A stretch of 63,586 bases of DNA, the filler included, from Octopus bimaculoides (Eukaryota), in the NCBI RefSeq assembly GCF_001194135.2. It is 7 parts of 6 records of this genome, joined end to end, with 100 filler letters (N's around TTAATTAATTAA, not from the genome) between each part and the next. Parts side by side here need not be neighbours in the genome. Positions count along the whole stretch, not along the records: positions 1 to 23,229 come from NC_069006.1; 6 more parts are not named here. The stretch is one strand, 5' to 3'. Numbering within the stretch: position 1 is the first letter of the stretch; each line of letters opens with the position of its first letter. A model generated the notes under the pieces. It made no database searches, had not been told where the DNA came from, and saw nothing but the letters and a program-made list of their open reading frames with translations. Of the stretch, positions 1 to 11,605 are shown one piece after another. The position numbers were made by a program, and so were the translations under genes.

Positions 1-42
<42 letters not shown>

Positions 43-102
43 TACAGATACGAATGATAATAAAATGTAACATTTCACACAAAATAATCATGTCGAAATA
101 TT

Positions 103-649
103 GGATCTTTCTGATTTGACGGACACCACTTTTCATTTATGTTTTGTGTAGTGTTTTTGGTACCGAAACACTTTTAAACTTTGTATATTTTGTGTTATAG
201 AACAGATAAAAAATTTTTGTATTCGAAGTTATTTCATGTAAAAAAAATGGTCGTATTTCGGTAATTTCAATTAATCACTGACGTCTGTTGAGGTGAAAAC
301 AATTACTGATATGAAATACAAACAACATATTCTAGCGGTGTAAACTCTAACCCTAACTCTAAAACCCGAACCCTAACCCTAAAACCTTAATAGGGAATAA
401 CGATCTTGACACCGGCAAAAGTTATTGTTTACAAAAACAGCAGTAACTGTATTCAGCTGAATAGACGTCAGTAATTGGTTGAAATTACAGAAATACGACA
501 ACTTTAGCATGAAATAACTTGCGATGTAGAAATTTTTGTTAAGAAGGCTAAGAGAAAAAGATGTTTTATATGACACATTCTACCAGTATCCCAAGTTTGA
601 AAGTGCTTCGTTAAGAAAACAAGTGATGTCCGTCAATTCAGAAAGATCC
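103..649. mobile_element. Foldback MITE with a telomere-like (TAACCC) core
   Basis: Terminal IR GGATCTTTCTGATTTGACGGACACCACTT / AAGTGATGTCCGTCAATTCAGAAAGATCC plus internal IRs; a second copy lies at about 36270-36893. Confidence 0.8.
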
Positions 650-851
650 TTATTTTTTGTCAACTGTCTGCAAACACAGCCAGGCTGAAATAATTAATGC
701 ATTCTTCCAGGAGTGAGTAAAAAAAATCTCAAACTTGAGGGGATGGGCCCCTTAGATACTAACCTCCCCTACCCCACCCCATATATAGATTCTAATGGCG
801 CAGGGGCCCACTTGCCATCGGGCGAGCTGGCAGATCTTTTCAATCTGACCG
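563..851 (+). repeat. 289-bp direct repeat, copy 1
   Basis: Nearly identical to 1858-2146. Confidence 0.95.
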
Positions 852-1857
852 ACAATCCGCCACTATATATATATATATAATATGCTGGCTCTGTACTAAA
901 ATTTGAAACTAATATAACTGAACCAGTTACTTACACTGCTAGTTGTGCAGTGAGAGCAGGTTAGGGTAAATGCACAAATGTCATTGTTGATCATGAGTTT
1001 ATGTGCAGACGATAGTTGGTTCCACACTTGAATTCGTCATGCTGATAAAGCGTTTTATCTCCCTGCATGTGTCTTTGAATGAAAGACAGCTCTAGTAAGA
1101 TTTCAATTTCACTGAGGATGACGTCTGATAAACGTGAGAGTTAAACATTCTAATTTGTTCACACTTTCTGCATTGTCAAAATATTTTACATCTAAAACAC
1201 TAAATCTGGAAACTACATTAAAAAAAAAAAATGATCGTATCTTTTACTTCTGCTATTAATGATTCTTTCTAATTTTGGCACAGAACCAGAAATTTTGAGA
1301 GAAAGGAAGCAAATCAATAGCATCGACCCCAGTATTTAACTGGTGTTTATTTTACCGACTGCGAAATGAATGAACCTGGAACGTATTAAAGAGATGGAAG
1401 AATTGCCTTTAACAATTTAGCCAGCTTACCGCCTTTCATTACCAGATTAAAGGAAACGAAATGGTTACGACGTGGGGGCACTGTGTCGCAGAATTCGTTT
1501 CTATCCAACAACGCTAGCCTTCCAAAAAACAAAATAAAATATGACCGAAATTATCAGTCAGTAACTCTGCAAGTTCGAACTTGCTGTAGTCTATTAGACT
1601 TCGATTTTGTTATTTCGATTGGTTTTCTCTGTTCTCTTTCTGTTGTCTCTAACGATGGAGAATTATTTCCTCCATCGGTTAGTTTTAATTATTCAGATTT
1701 GGTTGGGAATGTTTTTACAACCCATGACAACAGCATGCTTTATATATCAATAGATCAATACATTCATTACACCCTATCAACCCACGTCTAACATCTATTA
1801 TTGAACGTCATGCAATAAACATATCGATACACAAGCTAACGAGGAAGCATCTGTCAG

Positions 1858-2146
1858 GTTTTATATGACACATTCTACCAGTATCCCAAGTTTGAAAGTG
1901 CTTCGTTCAGAAAACAAGTGGTGCCCGTCAATTCAGAAAGATCCTTATTTTTTTGTCAACTGTCTGCAAACACAGCCAGGCTGAAATAATTAATGCATTC
2001 TTCCAGGAGTGAGTAAAAAAAAATCTCAAACTTGAGGGGATGGGCCCCTTAGATACTAACCCCCTACCCCACCCCATATATAGATTCTAATGGCGCCGGG
2101 GCCCACTTGCCATCGGGCGAGCTGGCAGATCTTTTCAATCTGACCG
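1858..2146 (+). repeat. 289-bp direct repeat, copy 2
   Basis: Differs from copy 1 by a handful of substitutions and indels. Confidence 0.95.
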
Positions 2147-3206
2147 TTTTCCAGAAGCAGGCCGCACAAGACACGGATCATCAGCTGGCAAAAATCAGTA
2201 GTACCTGTAATTTCAGAGGGCCAGCCTGGTCACACTCTGGGTCACGCTGAATCTCCCTGAGAACTACGTTAGGAGTGCACGTGTCTGTGGAATGCTCAGC
2301 CACTTGCACATTAATTTAACGAGCAGGCTGTTCCGTTGATCGGATCAACTGGGACCCTCGTTGTCGTAACCGACGGAGTGCTCCTTAGGAATTGTGTATG
2401 GTAGAAGTATTCTTTCTTTTACTTGTTTCAGTTACTTTGACTGTGGCCATGCTGGAACACCACCTGTTGTTCTTTGTAAGCCTGGTACTTATTCTATCGG
2501 CCGACCAAAGCCACGCAGTGAAACCGAACCCTGAAAGATGTGGCTCAAAGCAAACGTCTTACCACACAGCCACGCCTGCGCCTAAACTTAAACGACAAAA
2601 TCTTATATGTACCCCCAAGTGTCATACGAACCCCGTTCAAGAACCGCTGACTTGGCCGTAACGGGACCTTGCTGACCACTGGTACAGTAGTGTTTGCTTC
2701 CAGCCGTCAGATCCTTCATGTTCCGCTGGATCAAAGCCAAGGGATCTAAGGCAGTGTCTATGATGGCAGGTGACTTCACAAGACTTACAAATAATTAGTG
2801 AAAGCATGGTCACGTGATCACCTGACCGACAAGGCTATTGGACGTTGTTACACATCGCTGGTCACAATGTGCTTTTGCATTGTTTTAGCCTTCAAATGAC
2901 GCCCCGCTGGCTAGGCGAGCAGGCCAACATTCCCCTCGGGATCGAAAGGGGAACTGGGGCAACGTGAAACGAAATGTTTTTGCGCAAGAAGACAACGCGC
3001 CGCCCAGTCGGGGAATCGAACCCACGATCTAGCGATCGTGAATGCAACAGCCCAACCACTAGAGTGTGATCCGCCCAGGGTGGCCCTTCCGTTTGCCGCC
3101 CCCGGACCCCACGAAAGGTACATATTGCCTACAACAGACCCAAAAGCGCCACCCGGGACGAACCCCACTCCCTAGCTACGTTAGCGCATTTTACTCGATT
3201 TGTGCC

Positions 3207-3353
3207 TTAGCATGGGCTAAGCTTTTTCAGATGTGGGCCGCATGAGACGTGACTCATCACCAGGCGGGCCACACTAGTAAAAGACTAATTCAAGGAAACT
3301 TTATTAAACGTGCCATTCAGAAAATCGTGTGGGCCGCAGTTTACGCATGTCTG
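3207..3353. mobile_element. Probable hAT MITE remnant
   Basis: GGGCCGCAGTTTACGCATGTCTG right end; degenerate left end. Confidence 0.45.
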
Positions 3354-3467
3354 ATATACATACACAGATACATACATACATACATACATAATTAGATTTA
3401 TTCATATTCCTACAATATAAATAAATTAAACAATAGCTATCCTTTCTACACAGAACCTTACACACAG

Positions 3468-3502
<35 letters not shown>

Positions 3503-3605
3503 ATGTATATATACTCTATTTTCTTTCTTTTCTTGCTCTACCGCAACGAATGACACACGGAGGGGGAGAAAGAGAGAGAAGAGAGGAAAGAAGCAGATTG
3601 AGCGT

Positions 3606-3790
3606 GAGAGAGGCAAACAGATAGAGACAAGCAGGCAGGGAGAGAGAGAGAGAGGCAAACAGATAGAGTCAAGCAGGCAGAGAGAGAGAGAGGCAATCAG
3701 ATAGAGACAAGCAGGCAGAGAGAGAGGCAAACAGATAGAGACAAGCAGGCAGAGAGAGAGAGAGAGAGAGAGACAAGCAGGCAGACAGAG
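3606..3790 (+). repeat. Polypurine minisatellite (GAGAGAGGCAAACAGATAGAGACAAGCAGGCA-like units) within an AG-rich tract
   Basis: About four visible units. Confidence 0.85.
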
Positions 3791-3920
3791 AGAAACATAC
3801 ACACAGGAACAGAGAGAGGAATGGGGCTGTGTGAGAGAGAGAGAGAGATGAGGCGAGGGAGAGCTACAACTGAATGATGTTTATTATTATCAAATCACGC
3901 ACTCAACGACAAAGGCAGTG

Positions 3921-3954
3921 GTTACTAGGATGCTTGTTAGGTTGCTACGGACGG
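3921..3954 (+). promoter_or_regulatory. Two RFX X-box-like motifs (GTTACTAGGATGC; GTTGCTACGGACGG)
   Basis: Similar to the X-box consensus GTNRCC(N0-3)RGYAAC; immediately upstream of the putative FHAD1 first exon. Confidence 0.45.
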
Positions 3955-3959
3955 CATAA

Positions 3960-4140
3960 AAGCGGTGGCAATGTTTTCGATTTGAAATCACCAGTCAATG
4001 AGACCCAAATCACAACAACACAATGTATATATAACCACAGTAACACGAAATAACAGAGCCCAGGCTGTGTATACCACAGTAATACAATGTAATATATCAC
4101 AGGACGTATAACCCGAATGCAAAGTTTGTCAGACGATAAG
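3960..4140 (+). other. FHAD1: Putative non-coding first exon of FHAD1 (start approximate)
   Basis: Donor AAG|GTAATA at 4140/4141. Acceptor TTTATTTTAG| at 5035 lies 87 nt before the ATG. X-box-like motifs sit just upstream. Inference only. Confidence 0.45.
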
Positions 4141-5122
4141 GTAATACTTAAGTTTAACCTACAAAATATAAAACCTTGGCGATTATTTTTCAAATATTGA
4201 TTGATTAATTAATTAATTAATTAGTTAATATGTAAGTAATGTGTAGATTTTGGTTTCGAAAATCTGAGAGTAGTCAACTCAAATTTGAAATACTAGACAT
4301 AAGTTTCATAAGACTACAAAATTAGAAATATCTACTCTACCACACTTGAAACGTACCTGTTAAAACTCTTTATCTCGATTTGAATGTACGAGAAGGTATT
4401 TAGAAATCCCAAACTAATTTCTGCAGATCATAGTTTAATCAATAAGCGTAGGAGCGAGGTAAATGCAGTAAAAATAGGGGTGGTCAGTGGGGCCCCGTTT
4501 AAGTGGCCCTTCAGAAATTGAACCTCCTTGCGATATTCCCTGGGAGTTCATGGTATGAAATTCATTGTCATTGCTCCGATTTGGTCGCCAATGTCATGTG
4601 TTTAGTTTAAAATGCAGTAAAAATAGGGGGTGGGTCAATGGGAACCCAATTAGGCGACCCTGAGAACTACGTTAGGTGCCCGCGTGTCGAAGGAGTGCTC
4701 AGTTACTTGCACGTTGATATCACGCGCAGGCTGTTGCGTTGATCGGATCAACTGGGACCCTCGTCGTCGTAACTGACGAAGTGCCAGTTTAAAACATAAT
4801 CTTCTCAACGAGGTTACTTCTAAAGTAACGTTCACTTTCGTCGTGGAACATGAAAATATGTTGACTTGAACTCACTGGGTTGTAGTCTGAAGGTGAAGAA
4901 CACAGATTTGGGGACACAATGTTAATCTGTTTACGCTGTAGTTGTATATTATGTTAGGGCCCCAGTTCTGTGCTTTGTTTGTAGATGGGGTCTGTAATAT
5001 TGCTACGACGATTCTAATTAATTAATTTATTTTAGGTTTTAGAGGAAAAAAAAATAACTGAGGATTTACGGAAGATACAAAAGAGAGGGTGAAAGAGAGA
5101 AAGAAAGGAGGAGGGTGGAGAG

Positions 5123-5221
5123 ATGGCCCAGGCTTATCTGAGGAATTCAGAAGGATACTGCTTCCCTTTGTCGCAGAAAATAACAACCATTGGCAGAGAA
5201 GGCTGTGATATCGTTATACAG
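5123..5221 (+). CDS. FHAD1: FHAD1 coding exon 1 (MAQAYLRNSEGYCFPLSQKITTIGREGCDIVIQ)
   Basis: ATG at 5123, 33 codons, donor CAG|GTATGT; contains the FHA 'IGR' motif. Confidence 0.9.
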
Positions 5222-5454
5222 GTATGTATCGCACTTGCGCACATATACACACACACACACACACACATTATGTAGGTAGTTAGGGTAAATCCTAACTGTT
5301 TCCTCCTGAAGTACATCTACTTGTTCCATTATTCTGTAGTCTCAGTTGCTGCTGTATTGATAGTCAAAAATACCTATTAAAATTTAGAATTATGGAGTTG
5401 CAGAGTTATTGCATAACAAAACAGAAAATCAGAAGAAAAAAAATTCCAGTTTCT

Positions 5455-5497
<43 letters not shown>

Positions 5498-5826
5498 NNN
5501 NNNNNNNNNNNNNNNNNNNNNNNNNNNNNNNNNNNNNNNNNNNNNNNNNNNNNNNNNNNNNNNNNNNNNNNNNNNNNNNNNNNNNNNNNNNNNNNNNNNN
5601 NNNNNNNNNNNNNNNNNNNNNNNNNNNNNNNNNNNNNNNNNNNNNNNNNNNNNNNNNNNNNNNNNNNNNNNNNNNNNNNNNNNNNNNNNNNNNNNNNNNN
5701 NNNNNNNNNNNNNNNNNNNNNNNNNNNNNNNNNNNNNNNNNNNNNNNNNNNNNNNNNNNNNNNNNNNNNNNNNNNNNNNNNNNNNNNNNNNNNNNNNNNN
5801 NNNNNNNNNNNNNNNNNNNNNNNNNN

Positions 5827-5862
<36 letters not shown>

Positions 5863-6370
5863 CGAGAGGGAGCGGTAGTTGCCAAACGAAAAAACTTTGC
5901 AGTATTTATCAATACTATATCTTCTTAGGTTCTAATTTCCCCTTGCTGAACAATGAGGAAAAAGTACCAGTTATATATACTGCGATTGATTAAACCAATC
6001 AGATTCGCTGTCGAAAATTCTTCCGCATTGCTTGTCAATCCTTTTCTTTTTGAAATGGTTAAATACATAATAATATGCTGGAGTGGATTAACAATGTTTA
6101 GTTTCTTTCCCAATACAGAATAGCTGTGTGCGATAAAACGACTTGAACTACAAACATCTCTTATCGGTTCAGTCAGCCAGAAGCGCTGGAGATTTACGAA
6201 TGGTGCAAGGGAATTAATTAGGTAAGGGAGATAACTAAGGATACACATCAGCTGAAAGAATTGAGTAACCAACGCACCCAAGCCGTGAGAGATAGAAAGA
6301 CACAAACACAAGTATCTATCTATCTTTCTATACATATATTTATATACATATATCATCATCGTTTATGATG

Positions 6371-6403
<33 letters not shown>

Positions 6404-6562
6404 ATACAAATAATATGTGAGTGTATGCATATATACGTACATGTATGTACATATCTACATCTACATGTATATATAGATGTATATCTGGGTACAGGACGTC
6501 ACAAAAAAAACGTGGACAAAATGAAAAACAGAACATAAACAGACCACAGAAAACTCACAGGC

Positions 6563-6620
<58 letters not shown>

Positions 6621-9600
6621 CATACATGCATTCACACACAAACCTAAAGTCTTCTGGTGTCATCTGACAGTTACCAACAATCGACACACAACATGCAATG
6701 GTGGAATTCAACATGAATGAAGGACTCTACATCCTGACTGACCTAAACAGCCTACATGGAACCTTTGTCAATGAAGTCAAAGTTCAGAATTCATCAGTGA
6801 GACTTCACCAAAATGATATCATACAATTTGGAGCAAATGGTCATCCATACGAATTATTTATGTGTAATTCACCAATGGTAAGTTTACTTCTATTAATTTC
6901 ATCATCATCATCATTATTATTATTATTATTATTATTAGTATTGTTAACCCTTTAAGGTCAGGTGTGACTTATTGACACAACATGCTTTCTTCTTGCAAAA
7001 GATGGGTGTGGCTTAATGACAAACTGCTAAATTGGGAAGAAGATGGGTGTGGTATATAAGGCACATTTGCATTGTATTGGAACTTGTGGAACTCTCAGGG
7101 AAAACAAGAAAAATATGTCAAAGTTTTCCAAATTGAAGAAGCCAGGTAACATTGAAAGAAGAAAATATGGAAAACCTTCTTACGTTATGTTAGCATGATA
7201 AGCACAATGTGACAATGACCAGAACTTTCCACAAAGACATAGTAAACAGTTCTAAAGTAAATTACAAAAAACAAAGAAAGTTGTGCAGAAACCTGACTGT
7301 ATTATTGATTATTATGACTAATATGCGCCTAGTTGCTATAGCAGGCATGCAACTGGCGACACTTGAGTGTGCAAGGAAAAGTGTAAAACGGTACAAAAAA
7401 TTATTTTTTCATATTATGGATGCTGTCATGCTGAATTCTCAAAACATGTACCTTATAAAAACTAGTAACCACATGATGTTCAAAGATTTCCATAGAGAAA
7501 CAGTATGCCAATTGCTTGCCAAATATGGCAAACTCGCAAATACAGCACTAGGAAGGTCGGCAAATGATGATAAGGGCAGTGGTGGTGGGGAATATGTTGG
7601 TAGTTGTGGTAGTGTTGAGGTTGAATATGGTGGTGGTAATGATAGTAGTGGTTGCCATGATGGTGAGGGTAAATATAGTGGTAGTAGTAGTGGTGGCGGT
7701 GCTGGCAAAGGTGGTGGTAGTAGTGAGATGTGATAGTTATGGTGGTAGAGTGAAAGCTGGTGGGTGAATATGGTAGTAGTAATGGCAGTAATAGTAGTGG
7801 CGGTGGTGGTAATGGAAGTAGCAATAGTGGTGTTATTGGGATTGGTAGCGGTGAAAGTGTCCCACCCTACCCACTCCACCATCAAATATTCATCTCTACC
7901 GATGTTTTATTGATTTAATGAATTATAACATTAATTTCCATTTCTTCCACTCTATGTCTAGGTCACTTGTTCAGAAATACGACCTTTGAAGAAGACAGCA
8001 TGGAGTCAGACCAAGAAGAACATCTCAACAGAAAATATATTTCCTCTTCCGTCAGCTTCGTCCTTACCCCATCTTTCTCCAGCTCCTTACCAAACGAAAC
8101 TCGAAGTCCCCACATCTATGACAACCTGGAGCACAGTGGCAGAAAACGTCAACAATGGTTTTGGAACAAGGGCGGCTACAGGCTCCATAACCCCTCCTTG
8201 GTCATTTACTTTATCGTTGCCTCAGAACAGGTTCCTGCAGAAGAGGCCGTCAGAGACTTCTAGAAGGATCATGATGGAAACAAGGACCACATCAACACAA
8301 ACCACGAATGTATATTCAACACAGGGTAATATGAATTTAGTTTAGTACAGTGCCTCTGCAACTGGTATGCCATTGGCACACTAGTGTGCCATGAGACGAT
8401 GCTAGGTGTGCCTCAGTGTAATTTGAATATAATCCTTTTCCCTATACTTTTAGTTTCATTTTTAGTTCAGGTGTGCCGCCGAATTCTGAAAAGAATATAA
8501 GTGTGCCACAGGTGAAAAAAAGGTTGTGGAGCACTGGTTTAGCAACATTCTGATGGCCCTTTTTTGAAATTTAAGGGACAGAGCAAAATGTTGGTTATGG
8601 AATATTGTAGCTTTGCCTTTCGCCGTTTATCTTTTACTTGCTTCAGTCATTGGACTGTGGCCAAACTGGAGCACCTTGAAGAATTTTAGTGGTGGGGAGG
8701 TCCAATGTGACATGAGGCAAATTTGTGTGTTATGTGCTATTCTTTTATTCATTTACTTGTTTCAGTCATTTTTTAGTAAAAGAAATCAACCTCAGGACTT
8801 ATTCTTTGTAAGCTCAGTACTTATTCTGTCGCTCTCTTTTGCTGGGCCACTAAGTTACAGGGACATAATCACATCAACATCAGTTGTCAAGTGATGGTGG
8901 GAGGACAAACATAAATACAAAAACACACTCACATAAATATATATATATACATATACAACGGGCTTCTTTCAGTTTTTGTCTACCAAATCCACTTACAAGG
9001 ATTTGGTTGGCCTGAGACTAGAGTAGGAGACACCCACCCAAGGTGCTATGTAGTGGAACTGTACCCGGAACCATGTGGTTGGGAAGCAAGCTTCTTGCTA
9101 CACAGCCACACCTGCCCCTATGTGGAAAGTTTGCATGTTATGAGGGAAATTTGCATGTTATGAGGGAGGTTAGTGTGTAATGTGTGAAGTTAGTGTGTAA
9201 TGTGAGATATCAGAGTGTAATGTAGGAGCACAGTGTGAAATGTGAGACATGTGTGATGTAGAACAGTGTGTTATGTGGTAAGTTGGTGTGACATAAGCTA
9301 ACACAATATACCTTTGTTAGACTGAGCTAACTTTCATGCGTGTATAAAATGTTGTTCTGCTACATTCTTCTGTTCTCTGCTGCAGGGCTCAGCAACAACA
9401 TTACATCAATATCTGTTAATCAATATTATATAAAACATTTTCTTTACAACAGGTGATGGTTACTCATTGACCTCCCCTTCTGCCTCATCCTCTTATAATC
9501 GGACTGAGCAACCTATCAACTTCACACAAGAGATTCTAAATTCTTCATACACAATCCACCCACCAAGGGACCACATGTTCACTAACAAGGTCAGTAAACC

Positions 9601-9889
9601 TCCTCCTCCTCTTTCTTCTTTCTTTTTCTCGTTGCCTCTACACTCTGGTTTAAATGTACATTTTTTTTTACATGTAATTTGAGGTGCCAGGAGGCACTCT
9701 CTTTGTCCTACTGCCACCACCACCACCACCACTCCTACTACTACTAATACTATCATCACCACCACCACCACCACCACAATTACTACTACTACCACCACCA
9801 CGTCACAATTATTACTACTACTACTGCTGTTGCTGCGACTATTACTACTACGACTACTGCTGCTACTACTACCTTTATTTCTACTACCG

Positions 9890-9955
<66 letters not shown>

Positions 9956-11561
9956 TACTGCTGCTATACGTCAGAGTCTGTTAAAGTCTGTAAGAATAGG
10001 CTAGAACAAAACAGAGCCCTTGCAGTAGAAGAGCTAAAACTGGATGCCCTTCCTAACACCAACCTCAAGTTACCATGCAGAACATATGGTTGGGAAGTCA
10101 GCTTCCCACCCACACAGACTAGCCTTCACTTCTCATAAATGCTATTTCCTATAAGTTCCAGAAGTAACATCTGTTTGATATTTAATCATACAACATGTAG
10201 CGTGTTATATATCTTTGATGAATTTCAGAACAACAGTTGCTCGGTACAAAACAGCACAACATGTAGCATGAAGCTTTTAAGAGATCAATGTGAACAGCAA
10301 CATGTAGAGAACAAGAGTGAAATGAAAGACGAAAGTGTTGAACTGCAGCCAAAATGTCGGCCTGTTTCTTCATCTACACCATACAGTGCCACAGCAAGAT
10401 ACAATGACAACCAGCCATCAGATTTTTGTGACGGGCATAAGACAGTACAGGTAAATATATATATAACATACTAAAGTTGTTGTTGTTGGCACTCCGTAGC
10501 TTACGACATCGAGGGTTCCAGTTGATCCGATCAACAGAACAGCCTGCTCGTGAAATTAACGTGCAAGTGGCTGAGCACTCCACAGACACGTGTACCCTTA
10601 ACGTAGTTCTCGGGGATATTCAGCATGACACAGAGTGTGACAAGGCTGACCCTTTGAATTACAGGCACAACAGAAACAGGAAGTAAGAGTGAGAGAAAGT
10701 TGGGGTGGAAGAGTACAGCAGGGTTCGTCACCATCCGCTGCCGGAGTCTCGTGGAGCTTTAGGTGTTTTCGCTCAATAAACACTCACAACGTCTGGTCTG
10801 GGAATCGTAACCGTGAGTCCGCTGCCCTAACCACTGGGCCATTGCACTTCCACAACATACTAAAGTAGCTGGTTTTAAAATCTCTGAAAGAGATTCATGT
10901 AGTAACAGTATTTAACAGTAATGTTTGTTGTTGCTTTTACATGGCGGTTCCATGCAGAACAATGTTACATTTTAACCACTGGAATACATCTTTTCCAGCT
11001 TACCACACAGCCACACTTGCGCATACACACACACACACACACACATGTATAATAGGCTTCTTTCAGTTTCCATCTACCAAAGCCACTCACAAGGCTTCGG
11101 TTGGTCCGAGGCTATTGGAGAAGACACTCGCCCAAGCTGCGACTCAGTGGGATTGAACCTGGAACCATGTGGTTGGGGCACAAACTTCTTACCGCACAGC
11201 CACACCTGTACCTAATATTGTACACTTTTTTTTTTAATTTACAGGTGTTGAAAGTGGATTCGAAACCAGATCCATCCAGTGTGTATGTTAAAAATGAGAT
11301 GGACAATAAAGCCAGGCAGTTAAGTAAAGTACAGATAGAAGTGGATCAACTGAGAAAGGACAAAAACATCATTACTGGACTTGTGTCTCAGCTGCAGAGA
11401 GAAGTGTCCAATAAGGTGGGTCGTTACGGCACTCATGTCTTGGCTTCAGAGAGAGAGGCTTTGTAGTAAGGGTGGGTCATAACAGGTTTGGGTGTCTTAG
11501 CTCTAGGAAGAGATTTTTTTTTTATAAGGAGACTGGTGTCTCAATATTAGAAAGAAGTGTT

Positions 11562-11605
<44 letters not shown>

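Noticed and set aside
1112-1147. CTGAGGA...TAAACGT hammerhead-like string
   Set aside because: No convincing stem II, GAAA is mutated and stem I is poor
7560-7885. Gly/Ser-rich, Pro-rich and His-rich ORFs (also 9684-10138, 47599-48330, 58776-59256)
   Set aside because: Trinucleotide microsatellite translations with no splice context
9386-9452. Strong alternative acceptor CTGCTGCAG| 67 nt upstream of FHAD1 exon 4
   Set aside because: Using it shifts the frame and hits TGA; no evidence it is used
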